A stretch of DNA of 33,212 bases, from NCBI GenBank assembly GCA_030831005.1, contig JAURLW010000105.1, positions 1 through 33,212 on the forward strand, given 5' to 3'. The notes beneath the pieces are model-generated. The model saw only the letters and a list, made by a program, of their open reading frames with translations. It was not told the DNA's origin and made no database searches. This document shows positions 16,798 to 25,867 of this stretch, one piece after another. This DNA is from Bacteroidota bacterium. Its GTDB lineage: Bacteria > Bacteroidota > Bacteroidia > Chitinophagales > Chitinophagaceae. Numbering within the stretch: position 1 is the first letter of the stretch; each line of letters starts with the position of its first letter. The translations under genes were made by a program, and so were the position numbers.

Positions 16798-19700
16798 ATG
16801 AATTATCGTAAAATCAACAACCTTACCGGTTGGATTGTTGGCGCAGTAGCCACTTTTGTTTATCTCATAACCATGGAACCAACGGTTAGCTTTTGGGATT
16901 GTGGTGAGTTTTTAGCCACCGCACAAAAACTAGAAGTAGGTCACTCTCCAGGAGCGCCTTTATTTATGATGCTTGGCAGATTTTTTGGTATGCTGGCACC
17001 TACTCCTGATAAAGTAGCCCTTTATATCAACGGTCTTTCTGCTTTAATGAGTGGTTTAACGATTTTATTCCTTTTTTGGACGATTACTTATTTTGCTAAG
17101 CGTTTATTGGCTAAAAATGAGGAACAACCATCTAGCTATAACACCTTATTGATTATGGGTAGTGGTATTGTTGGCGCTTTAGCTTATACCTTTTCAGATA
17201 CTTTCTGGTTTTCTGCTGTAGAGGCAGAGGTTTATGCTACTTCTTCCTTTTTTACCGCTTTAGTATTTTGGGCTATCCTTAAATGGGAAGGCATTGCGGA
17301 TCAAAAATATGCTGATCGTTGGTTAGTATTTATTGCTTACATGATTGGTTTATCAATAGGTATTCACTTATTAAACTTACTTACTATTCCGGCATTAGCC
17401 ATGGTATACTATTTCAAACGCTATCAAGTGGATAGAAAAGGTATCATCATGACCTTTATTATTGGCTGTGTATTCTTAGGTTTAGTTCAGTTTGGTATTA
17501 TTCAAGGCATTCCTTTATTAGCGTCTAAGTTTGAATTGCTATTTGTCAATAGCTTTGGTTTGCCGCATGATATCGGCGCTATATTTTTAATCTTATTGTT
17601 TGTTGGTTTATTAATCTACGGATTAATATGGGCTAAGAAAAAAGGTAATTATTTAGCACATACTACCCTATTGAGTTTCTTATTTGTATTCATTGGTTTC
17701 TTAAGTTATTTGGCACCGCTAATACGTTCTAGAGCTGATGTGCCTATTGATATGACTAACCCAGACAATGCATTTAGATTCTTGTCTTATGTTAATCGTG
17801 AGCAATTTGGCTCTCAACCTATCTTATACGGACCAACCTTTGCTAGTCCGGTTACCGAATATGCAACTACTGGAGAAATCTATGACTTAGTTAAAAAAGA
17901 TGGCAAAGAATCTTATGAAGTTATTGGCAAAAAACAAGAACCTGTATTTAGCGACAAAACACTTTTCCCTAGAATGTGGGATGGCAATGACCCTTCACAT
18001 GTTGCTTTCTATAAAAGCTATTGCAATTTAGAAGATGGCGAAGCGCCAAGTGGTGCAGATAACATGAAATATTTCCTGGGCTATCAATTAAATTGGATGT
18101 GGTGGAGATATTTGATGTGGAACTATGCTGGCAGACAAAATGATTTTGAAGGACAAGGTGATGCTAAAAACGGTAATTGGTCATCTGGTATAAAACCTAT
18201 CGATCAGTTCTTTACTGGTGCTGGCGATAGCGATAAAATGCAAGATGGCTATAAAAATAATCCGGCACGTAATCAGTTGTATTTCTTACCGCTTATACTC
18301 GGAATCTTGGGTGTGGTATTTCAATTTAATGCACACAAAAAAGATGGCTTTATCGTTGGCTTATTATTTTTCTTTACGGGTATAGCTATTGCTATTTATT
18401 TAAACATGCCTCCAAATCAACCAAGAGAGCGTGACTATGCATTTGCTGGTTCTACTTATGCATTTGCTATTTGGATTGGCTTAGGTGTTTTAATGGTAAA
18501 TCAGTTTTTCCAACGCTTTATCAAAGGCCATGTAGCTGCAATATTAAGCATAGCACTTTGCTTATTAGCGGTGCCAACCTTAATGGCTAAAGTAGAATGG
18601 AATGATCATGATCGTTCGCAAAAAACATTAGCAAGAGCTACCGCTTACAATACCTTAATGTCTTGCGAAGAAGGTGCTATTCTATTTACATTTGGCGATA
18701 ATGACACATATCCATTGTGGTATTTGCAAGAAGTAGAAGGCGTTCGTACCGATGTTCGAATTGTAAATTTAAGCTTGTTAGGTATTGATTGGTATGTAGA
18801 TCAATTGTCCTACAAAATCAATAAAAACGATGCCTTACCGATGATCTGGAAACGTAGCGATTATATGGGCGACGCAGGTAATTATACCGCCTATATGAAA
18901 GAAGATAAAATCCCAGAAGGTCAATATATTAATCTATTAGAGCTTTGCAAGTATGCAATTGATCCAGCTACAAAACTACAAATGCAAAATGGTGGTGAAG
19001 CAAATCGCTTACCTACAAAAAATGCAAGCATAACTAGTTTAAGCAAAGATAAGTTGGTGCAAATGGGTATGATAAGCGCAGCAGATACTGATAAAATTGA
19101 CAATGATGTTAAGTTTACAATCAACAAGGACAATCTCATGAAAGACGATTTAGCTTTAATGAACATTGTTGCTGGTATTGCTGCAGAAGGTTGGAAACGC
19201 CCTATCTATTTTGGCAGCGGCATGGGAGATAGTTATTTAGGTTTAAATGATTATTTAAAACTTGAAGGAACTGTTTATCGTTTAGTACCGTTTAAATACA
19301 AACCGGGTATGTTCCCTCCATCTCAAGATTTAGGTTTTGTAGATGTAGAGAAAACTAAAAATCTATTCTTGAATACCTATATCTGGGGCAATGCCAATAA
19401 AAAGAATGTTTATTTTGATGAGAAAAACAGAATCATGTTTGTTTCTTATCGCTTAAGTGCCGCTCGCTTAGCAGAAACATTGGCTGCTATGAACAGAAGT
19501 AAAGAAGGTATTGCAGTATTAGATAAGGTTATGGCAAATATCACGGAGCAAGCTTACTATTACGATTTCACTGCAATTTATATAGCAATGGCTTATTACC
19601 GTTGTGGTGCATTTGACAAAGCTAATGCGCTAACTAAGAAGCTCGTTAAAAATGCTGATGATGATATCGCGTGGATTAGTAACTTGAACGAAAATTTCAA

Positions 19701-19863
19701 AGAGTCGCTTTATAACGACGTAAGAAGAGATCTTCAGGGAATTTATATGTTATTGCAAAGTGCGCAACAAGCAGGTGATGCTAATGGTACTAAAACACTT
19801 AACGATAAATTTACGCAATTGCAAAAATTACCTATCGTTCAATTGGTAATGCAACAACAATAA
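16798..19863 (+). CDS. DUF2723 / TMEM260-like (GT117, GT-C fold) polytopic membrane protein with a large soluble C-terminal helical-repeat region
   Basis: 1021 aa. N-terminal MEPTVSFWDCGEF loop motif, many TM helices in the N-terminal ~600 aa, then a soluble alpha-helical region after aa ~600. Confidence 0.75.
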   Translation: MNYRKINNLTGWIVGAVATFVYLITMEPTVSFWDCGEFLATAQKLEVGHSPGAPLFMMLGRFFGMLAPTPDKVALYINGLSALMSGLTILFLFWTITYFAKRLLAKNEEQPSSYNTLLIMGSGIVGALAYTFSDTFWFSAVEAEVYATSSFFTALVFWAILKWEGIADQKYADRWLVFIAYMIGLSIGIHLLNLLTIPALAMVYYFKRYQVDRKGIIMTFIIGCVFLGLVQFGIIQGIPLLASKFELLFVNSFGLPHDIGAIFLILLFVGLLIYGLIWAKKKGNYLAHTTLLSFLFVFIGFLSYLAPLIRSRADVPIDMTNPDNAFRFLSYVNREQFGSQPILYGPTFASPVTEYATTGEIYDLVKKDGKESYEVIGKKQEPVFSDKTLFPRMWDGNDPSHVAFYKSYCNLEDGEAPSGADNMKYFLGYQLNWMWWRYLMWNYAGRQNDFEGQGDAKNGNWSSGIKPIDQFFTGAGDSDKMQDGYKNNPARNQLYFLPLILGILGVVFQFNAHKKDGFIVGLLFFFTGIAIAIYLNMPPNQPRERDYAFAGSTYAFAIWIGLGVLMVNQFFQRFIKGHVAAILSIALCLLAVPTLMAKVEWNDHDRSQKTLARATAYNTLMSCEEGAILFTFGDNDTYPLWYLQEVEGVRTDVRIVNLSLLGIDWYVDQLSYKINKNDALPMIWKRSDYMGDAGNYTAYMKEDKIPEGQYINLLELCKYAIDPATKLQMQNGGEANRLPTKNASITSLSKDKLVQMGMISAADTDKIDNDVKFTINKDNLMKDDLALMNIVAGIAAEGWKRPIYFGSGMGDSYLGLNDYLKLEGTVYRLVPFKYKPGMFPPSQDLGFVDVEKTKNLFLNTYIWGNANKKNVYFDEKNRIMFVSYRLSAARLAETLAAMNRSKEGIAVLDKVMANITEQAYYYDFTAIYIAMAYYRCGAFDKANALTKKLVKNADDDIAWISNLNENFKESLYNDVRRDLQGIYMLLQSAQQAGDANGTKTLNDKFTQLQKLPIVQLVMQQQ

Positions 19864-19885
19864 GCAAAAAGGATAATGTATAAAA

Positions 19886-19922
19886 AATAAGAAAGGCTCC
19901 CGATGGGAGCCTTTCTTATTTT
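19886..19922 (+). terminator. Rho-independent terminator after the DUF2723 gene
   Basis: aataagaaaggctccc-gat-gggagcctttcttatt followed by tt; 16-bp stem. Confidence 0.8.
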
Positions 19923-19957
19923 AAACAAAAAATCCAATGAATTGCTTCATTGGATTT
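19923..19957 (-). terminator. Rho-independent terminator after tRNA-Cys
   Basis: Minus strand reads AAATCCAATGAA-GCAA-TTCATTGGATTTTTTGTTT, starting 2 nt after the tRNA 3' end. Confidence 0.75.
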
Positions 19958-19958
19958 G

Positions 19959-20029
19959 AGGTCGAGAGCGGATTCGAACCGCTGTGGAAGCTTTTGCAGA
20001 GCTCTGCCTAGCCACTCGGCCACCCGACC
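19959..20029 (-). tRNA. tRNA-Cys (anticodon GCA)
   Basis: Folded by hand: 71 nt GGTCGGGTGGCCGAGTGGCTAGGCAGAGCTCTGCAAAAGCTTCCACAGCGGTTCGAATCCGCTCTCGACCT. It has a 7-bp acceptor stem, anticodon stem GAGCT/AGCTT with loop CTGCAAA, and T-arm AGCGG-TTCGAAT-CCGCT. The discriminator is U73, as expected for Cys; CCA is not encoded. Confidence 0.9.
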
Positions 20030-20043
20030 GTATTTTTGTTCTG

Positions 20044-20051
20044 CAAATGTA
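20044..20051 (-). promoter_or_regulatory. -7 box TACATTTG upstream of tRNA-Cys
   Basis: Matches TAnnTTTG, ending 15 nt upstream of the mature tRNA 5' end. Confidence 0.5.
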
Positions 20052-20094
20052 TAAAAATTTCGTTTCTTTACACTATAAAATTTGATAAATTTTT

Positions 20095-20973
20095 ATGAAT
20101 CAAACTATTGGAGCATCCGAGTTAATTATTACAGACAAAGGAAGTATCTATCATTTAGATCTTAGACCAGAAGAAATTGCAGATACTATTATTACGGTTG
20201 GAGATCCAAATAGAGTAAAAGAGCTATCTAAATATTTTGATTCTATTGAGTTTACCGCCAATCATAGAGAATTTGTTACCCATACCGGTTATATTGGTAA
20301 AAAAAGAATCAGCGTTGTAGCTACGGGTATTGGTCCAGATAATATTGATATTGTATTGAATGAATTAGATGCTTTAGTTGATATTGATTTTGCTAGTCGT
20401 ACCATTAAATCAGAAAAAAAATCACTAAAAATTATTCGCTTAGGCACTTCCGGTGCATTACAAGATTTTATTCCTGTAGATAGCTTGGTAGTTTCGAGCT
20501 ACGGCATTGGGTTAGACAATCTCATGCATTACTATGCTACTACAAACACTCCAGCTGAAAAAAATCTTTTGGAAGCATTTAACCAACATACACAATTAGT
20601 AGGCAAAGTTATTCAACCTTATATCACTTCAAGTGCAGCTTCTTTGAGTGCACAGTTCACCGATGGCTTTCATCATGGCATTACGGTAACTTGTCCCGGT
20701 TTTTACGGTCCGCAAGGTCGGGTTTTAAGAGCACCTTTAGCACAAGATCAATTAATCAATAAATTAACAACATTTAAGCACCAAGAGCACTTTGTTAGCA
20801 ACTTCGAAATGGAAACTTCCGCTATTTATGGTTTAGCTAATTTACTAGGCCACCAAGCGCTTTCTATTAGTGCCATTGTAGCTAATAGAATTCAACAAAG
20901 TTTTTCGAGCGATGGCAATGCTGCCGTTGAGCACATGATTAAAACCTGCTTACCTATCATTGCCAATTTATAA
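20095..20973 (+). CDS. Nucleoside phosphorylase (PNP/UDP family 1)
   Basis: 292 aa; phosphate loop VGDPNRV, TGIGPDNIDIVLNEL, GTSGAL, EMETSA. Confidence 0.75.
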   Translation: MNQTIGASELIITDKGSIYHLDLRPEEIADTIITVGDPNRVKELSKYFDSIEFTANHREFVTHTGYIGKKRISVVATGIGPDNIDIVLNELDALVDIDFASRTIKSEKKSLKIIRLGTSGALQDFIPVDSLVVSSYGIGLDNLMHYYATTNTPAEKNLLEAFNQHTQLVGKVIQPYITSSAASLSAQFTDGFHHGITVTCPGFYGPQGRVLRAPLAQDQLINKLTTFKHQEHFVSNFEMETSAIYGLANLLGHQALSISAIVANRIQQSFSSDGNAAVEHMIKTCLPIIANL

Positions 20974-20990
20974 TTTATATCCTTCAATAT

Positions 20991-22265
20991 ATGTATCCTG
21001 ATTTTCAATATCTCTTTCAAGCCTTATTAGGCACGGACATGCCTGAATGGTTGAGTCTATTTAAAACCTTTGGTTTCTTGGTTGCCTTAAGTTTTATTGC
21101 TGCTGCCTATACCATAGTCAGTGAATTAAAAAGAAAAGAACAAGCCGGCTTACTGAGCTACACAGAAAAAGTAATTTGGAAAGGTAAAAAAGCTACCGTG
21201 CAAGATTATGCATTGCAAGCCTTAATAGGTTTTATTTTAGCCTATAAAATTGGAGGCATTATTCAGAATACCACTGTAATAGCGGCCAACCCCTTAGCGT
21301 TTATACTTTCATTAGAAGGTGCCTTAGGCATAGGTCTCTTGGGCGCAATCATAACATTGGCAATGAAGTATTATGAAGAGAAAAAGAATAATTTAGAAAA
21401 ACCTGTTCAAGTAAAAATTAGAATCTATCCTCATCAACGCATTAACGATATAGTTATGGTAGCCGCAATTGGTGGTATTGTGGGCGCCAAAGTTTTTAAT
21501 GCCTTTGAAACGTGGGATCAATTTATTAAAAATCCAATTGAGCAATTAATAGCCTCTAGTGGATTAACCTTTTATGGTGGATTAATAATTGCTACCCTAG
21601 CGCTTTATCGCTATGCTAAAAAACACCAAATTAATTTTGCGCAATTGTGCGATGCTGCTGCTCCTGGATTAATGCTAGCCTATGGTATAGGTCGTTTAGG
21701 TTGTCATTTTGCAGGTGATGGCGATTGGGGTATATACAATAGTGCCTACATTAGCAATCCCGATGGCACCCTGCAACAAGTAAGCACCGATACGTTCCAA
21801 CAAGTGGCTCAGCAAGCAGCGCCATATATGACTTACATCAACAATACCTTAGCACCACATATGCATGTAGCTGCACCTAGCTGGTTACCCAATTGGTTGT
21901 TTGGTATGAATTATGCGCATAATGTAAATCACGAAGGCATGCCGCTTATAGATTGTGTAGGTAATTATTGTACCGCTTTACCGATTAGTGTTTTCCCTAC
22001 CCCATTATATGAAGCCGTAGTATGTATTTTATTATTTACTTTATTGTGGAAATGGAGAACTCGTTTTACTAGACCTTTACAATTATTTGGTTGTTATTTA
22101 ATGCTGAATGGAGCTGAACGTTTTTTTGTAGAATTGATTCGTGTAAACAGTCAATATGATTGGGGCTTCCTGCATCCTACACAAGCAGAAATCATTGCAG
22201 TATGCTTAATGAGTATAGGCGCTTATTTCTTTTTCCGAAAAGAACAAAAGATACAAATGCCATAA
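20991..22265 (+). CDS. lgt: Prolipoprotein diacylglyceryl transferase, long form
   Basis: 424 aa polytopic membrane protein. TFYGGLI (compare E. coli SFHGGLI), GIGRLGCHFAGDGDWG (compare GRLGNFINGELWG), C-terminal GAERFFVELIR. It starts 17 nt after the upstream gene. Confidence 0.8.
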   Translation: MYPDFQYLFQALLGTDMPEWLSLFKTFGFLVALSFIAAAYTIVSELKRKEQAGLLSYTEKVIWKGKKATVQDYALQALIGFILAYKIGGIIQNTTVIAANPLAFILSLEGALGIGLLGAIITLAMKYYEEKKNNLEKPVQVKIRIYPHQRINDIVMVAAIGGIVGAKVFNAFETWDQFIKNPIEQLIASSGLTFYGGLIIATLALYRYAKKHQINFAQLCDAAAPGLMLAYGIGRLGCHFAGDGDWGIYNSAYISNPDGTLQQVSTDTFQQVAQQAAPYMTYINNTLAPHMHVAAPSWLPNWLFGMNYAHNVNHEGMPLIDCVGNYCTALPISVFPTPLYEAVVCILLFTLLWKWRTRFTRPLQLFGCYLMLNGAERFFVELIRVNSQYDWGFLHPTQAEIIAVCLMSIGAYFFFRKEQKIQMP

Positions 22266-22294
22266 AAAAAGGAGTGCTAGTAGCACTCCTTTTT
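22266..22294. terminator. Bidirectional terminator between lgt (+) and the DHS-like gene (-)
   Basis: aaaaaggagtgcta-g-tagcactccttttt palindrome. Confidence 0.8.
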
Positions 22295-22315
22295 AATTTA
22301 TGCTATAGCCTAGTA

Positions 22316-23293
22316 CTACCAACCTAATACATATGCAAATAATAAAGGCGCTACGATTGTAGCATCAGATTCTACAATGAATTTAGGTGTATTTACATCT
22401 AATTTGCCCCAAGTAATTTTTTCATTTGGTACGGCACCAGAGTAAGAACCAAATGATGTAGTACTGTCACTAATTTGACAGAAATAGCTCCAAAACGGTA
22501 CATCGTGCCACTCTAAATCTTGATACATCATAGGCACCACACAAATTGGGAAATCACCTGCAATACCTCCACCGATTTGAAAGAAACCAACACCTTTACC
22601 AGCGCTATTGTTTCTGTACCAATCAGCTAACCATACCATGTACTCAATACCGTTTTTAACGGTGCTTGCTTGCAATTCATTTTTGATGACATAACTAGCA
22701 AAAATGTTTCCGGTAGTAGAATCTTCCCAACCTGGACAAACAATAGGAATATTTTTTTGAGCAGCAGCAACGATCCAACTGTCTTTAGGGTCGATTTCAT
22801 AATATTGTTCTAATACGCCACTATTCACTACTTGATATAAAAATTCGTGCGGGAAATAACGCTCACCTTTTGCTTCTGCTTGTTGCCAAACGGCTACTAA
22901 GTGTTTTTGTAATCTTCTAAACGCTTCCTCTTCAGGAATACACGTATCGGTAACTCTATTATAATGATTCTCTAATAAATCCCATTCGTCTTGCGGTGTT
23001 AAATCACGATAGTTAGGCACGCGTTTGTAGCTCTTGTGCGCTACTAAGTTCATCACATCTTCTTCAAGATTTGCACCTGTGCAAGAAATGATTTGAATTT
23101 TATCTTGGCGAATCATTTCAGCTAATGAAATACCTAACTCAGCCGTACTCATTGCACCTGCTAAAGTCACCATCATTTTCCCACCTTCTAGTAAATGGGT
23201 TTCATAACCTTTGGCAGCATCTACTAATGCAGCCGCATTGAAGTGGCGATAATGATGCGTAATGAAATTTGAAATTGGTCCTTTATTGTTCAT
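22316..23293 (-). CDS. Deoxyhypusine synthase-like protein
   Basis: 325 aa. The C-terminal SGAVPNEKITWGKLDV aligns with human DHS SGARPDEAVSWGKIRV, so the catalytic-Lys equivalent is K297 (nt 22403-22405). IGGGIAGDF glycine loop. Confidence 0.8.
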   Translation of the reverse strand: MNNKGPISNFITHHYRHFNAAALVDAAKGYETHLLEGGKMMVTLAGAMSTAELGISLAEMIRQDKIQIISCTGANLEEDVMNLVAHKSYKRVPNYRDLTPQDEWDLLENHYNRVTDTCIPEEEAFRRLQKHLVAVWQQAEAKGERYFPHEFLYQVVNSGVLEQYYEIDPKDSWIVAAAQKNIPIVCPGWEDSTTGNIFASYVIKNELQASTVKNGIEYMVWLADWYRNNSAGKGVGFFQIGGGIAGDFPICVVPMMYQDLEWHDVPFWSYFCQISDSTTSFGSYSGAVPNEKITWGKLDVNTPKFIVESDATIVAPLLFAYVLGW

Positions 23294-23304
23294 ATCTTAT
23301 GTAG

Positions 23305-23333
23305 TTAAAAAGTAACCCCTCTTTCGAGGGGTT
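23305..23333 (-). terminator. Rho-independent terminator (possibly leaky) after gltA
   Basis: Minus strand reads AACCCCTC-GAAA-GAGGGGTTACTTTTT. It ends only about 12 nt before the DHS-like ATG, so the downstream gene probably depends on read-through. Confidence 0.6.
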
Positions 23334-23340
23334 TGGTTAT

Positions 23341-24654
23341 TTATGCGTTTTGTTTTTCAATAAAATTTTTAACCCATTCTGTTGTTACTGATTTCGGTCT
23401 TTCAATTGGGAAATTCAAAGCACGATCCCAACATAAGCTAGCTAATACACCTAATGCTCTAGACACACCAAATAATACGGTATAGAAATCTTCTTCTACC
23501 AAACCATAGTGTTTTAATAAAGCACCACTGTGAGCATCTACATTAGGCCAAGGGTTTTTAATTTTTCCTGTAGCTTCTAAAATTGCTGGAGCTACATCAT
23601 ATACATTCCAAACTGTTTTGACAGTAGGATTTTCTGGACAATGTGTTTTTGCAAATTCCATTTGTGCCGTAAAACGAGGATCTGTTTTGCGCAATACCGC
23701 GTGACCATATCCAGGAACTACTTTACCTTGCGATAAGGTTGTTTTGATGTATTCTGCAATTTGTTCTTTGCTTGGCTCTTGAGTTCCAAGATTTTCTTGC
23801 AACTCTTCAATCCAACGAATCACTTCTTGATTTGCTAAACCATGTAATGGACCAGCTAAACCAGCCATACCTGCAGCAAATGATAAATATGGATCGCTTA
23901 ATGCAGAACCTACTAAGTGCGTAGCATGAGCAGAAACATTACCACCTTCATGATCAGCGTGAATAGTAAGATACAAACGCATTAATTCTTTAAAGCCTTC
24001 ATCTTCAAAACCCAACATGTGAGCGAAATTACCGCTCCAGTCTAATAAACCATCCGGTTGAATATGCTCGCTATTTTTATATTTTCTACGATAGATGTAT
24101 GCTGCTACTCTTGGTAAACGAGCAATTAAGGTCATGGTATCTTCGTATACATAATCCCAATACTCTTTCTTGCTAATACCTTCAGAATACGCTTTAGAGA
24201 ATTTAGATTCTGTTTGCAATGCTAAAACAGCTGTGCAAAATTGCGTCATCGGGTGTGTAGAAACAGGTAAAGCTTCAATCACATCAAACACGTGATTAGG
24301 CACATGAGATCTGCGTGCCCAAGTAGCAGAAATATGTTCTACATCTTCATGAGATGGTAGCTCACCTACTAACATTAAATAGAATAAACCTTCTGGTAAG
24401 GGCTCATTACCATTTTCAATTTTTGGTAATTTATCTCTTAATTCTGGAATGGAAAATCCACGGAAGCGAATACCTTCATTGGAATCTAACAAGGAAGTTT
24501 CTGTAACTAATCCAGTGATACCTCTCATTCCTTGGAATGCCTGTGCAATCGTAACATCTTCTAATTTAGTATTACCATGTTTTTCGATAATACCTTTAAT
24601 TTCTAGTAATTGCTGATCAGCAGTAGCCTTAAATCTGTCTTTTACAAAGCCCAT
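23341..24654 (-). CDS. gltA: Citrate synthase, eukaryotic/mitochondrial-type
   Basis: 437 aa; GPLHGLANQEV, VVPGYGHAVLRKTDPR, KNPWPNVDAHSG, with catalytic His/His/Asp present. Confidence 0.95.
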   Translation of the reverse strand: MGFVKDRFKATADQQLLEIKGIIEKHGNTKLEDVTIAQAFQGMRGITGLVTETSLLDSNEGIRFRGFSIPELRDKLPKIENGNEPLPEGLFYLMLVGELPSHEDVEHISATWARRSHVPNHVFDVIEALPVSTHPMTQFCTAVLALQTESKFSKAYSEGISKKEYWDYVYEDTMTLIARLPRVAAYIYRRKYKNSEHIQPDGLLDWSGNFAHMLGFEDEGFKELMRLYLTIHADHEGGNVSAHATHLVGSALSDPYLSFAAGMAGLAGPLHGLANQEVIRWIEELQENLGTQEPSKEQIAEYIKTTLSQGKVVPGYGHAVLRKTDPRFTAQMEFAKTHCPENPTVKTVWNVYDVAPAILEATGKIKNPWPNVDAHSGALLKHYGLVEEDFYTVLFGVSRALGVLASLCWDRALNFPIERPKSVTTEWVKNFIEKQNA

Positions 24655-24682
24655 TTTGGTGTATTTTTATTTTTTGAGTACG

Positions 24683-24690
24683 CAAATATA
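24683..24690 (-). promoter_or_regulatory. -7 box TATATTTG upstream of gltA
   Basis: Matches TAnnTTTG, 29 nt upstream of the gltA ATG. Confidence 0.5.
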
Positions 24691-24786
24691 TTATATATAT
24701 AGCACTTTTCAGCATCTTTTAGTATGCTAAAGTGAAAAATTAATAGCAATTTAAGAGTATAACAATTTCCAAGGCAATTTGTTGCC

Positions 24787-25860
24787 TTATTTGATCTGTT
24801 TCTTGTACAATAAATAGGCTATGCAACTGAATATCAGATTAGGTATCCAAGTGGCTAAAAAGGGACTAAATCCTGCTTTAGTAGATAATATGGAGGAGAA
24901 TTGGGTAATCATAAAGAAAACGGCACTTACAAAAATACCAATGGCCAAATGCACCCCTCCGCCGCCTCTTTTCTTGGTAGAAGCAATACAAACCCCCATA
25001 ATGGTAAGAATAAAGCAAGCAAAAGGTGTAGCCGTTCTTCTGTGCAATTCGATATACAATGCATTTAAGGTTTCTCTACCCCTCAGCTTTTCTTGTTGAA
25101 TGTAGGACCATAAACGGGGTGTAGTCATGGCGTCTTTACTATCTAGATCTTGTACTAAATCTTTTAGGGTAAAAGCGTAATGCGCTCTAAGTTCGGGCTG
25201 CATGTTTAGGCGTTCATTTAAACCATCATTATATCGATGGGTAACATTGTACAAAACCCATTCCTTTTTCAAAGAATCATAGCTAATTCTGTCGGCCATC
25301 AATTTTTCTTTAAGCGTTATGCCATCTATCTTTTCATAGGAGAAGCGATAACCCATATTGCTTACAAAATCATAATTCTCCAAATAAATATATTCCGTAG
25401 CCGATATTTTCAAATGCACATTATGATCGGAATAGGCAATTACATTTTTATAGTATTTTTTTTCAAAAGCAATACGATTATGATTAGCATAAGGCACCAC
25501 AAAATGATTGGCTAATAAAGATATAAAAACAAGCCCTGAGCCTACAACAATATATGGTTTTAAAAATCTTCTATAATCGGTACCCGTTGCTAATATGGCA
25601 ATAATCTCTGACCTTCCGGCTAACTTAGAAGTAAAAAAAACCGTGGCAATAAAAACAAATAAAGGGAATAAGAAATTAACGATATAGGGTATAAAATTGA
25701 TGTAATACCAAAAAATAGCTTCAACCGGGGCCTTACGCGATACAAAATCTTCTACTTTCTCTGAGTAATCAATAACGCAGGAAATAGCCGCCAATATTGC
25801 GATAGAGAAAATAAAGGTACTTAAGTATTTTTTAGCGATATACCAATCCAGTAGTTTCAT
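24787..25860 (-). CDS. LptF/LptG family LPS export permease
   Basis: 357 aa, YjgP/YjgQ-like architecture: N-terminal TM helices, a periplasmic beta-jellyroll-sized insert, then C-terminal TM helices. It starts 7 nt after tgt. Confidence 0.75.
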   Translation of the reverse strand: MKLLDWYIAKKYLSTFIFSIAILAAISCVIDYSEKVEDFVSRKAPVEAIFWYYINFIPYIVNFLFPLFVFIATVFFTSKLAGRSEIIAILATGTDYRRFLKPYIVVGSGLVFISLLANHFVVPYANHNRIAFEKKYYKNVIAYSDHNVHLKISATEYIYLENYDFVSNMGYRFSYEKIDGITLKEKLMADRISYDSLKKEWVLYNVTHRYNDGLNERLNMQPELRAHYAFTLKDLVQDLDSKDAMTTPRLWSYIQQEKLRGRETLNALYIELHRRTATPFACFILTIMGVCIASTKKRGGGGVHLAIGIFVSAVFFMITQFSSILSTKAGFSPFLATWIPNLIFSCIAYLLYKKQIK

Positions 25861-25867
25861 ATACGTA

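Noticed and set aside
19864-20094. tRNA-Cys locus as a possible integration hotspot or genomic-island border
   Set aside because: There is no integrase, no direct repeat of the tRNA 3' end and no compositional break. The flanking genes are ordinary and each has a clean terminator or promoter.
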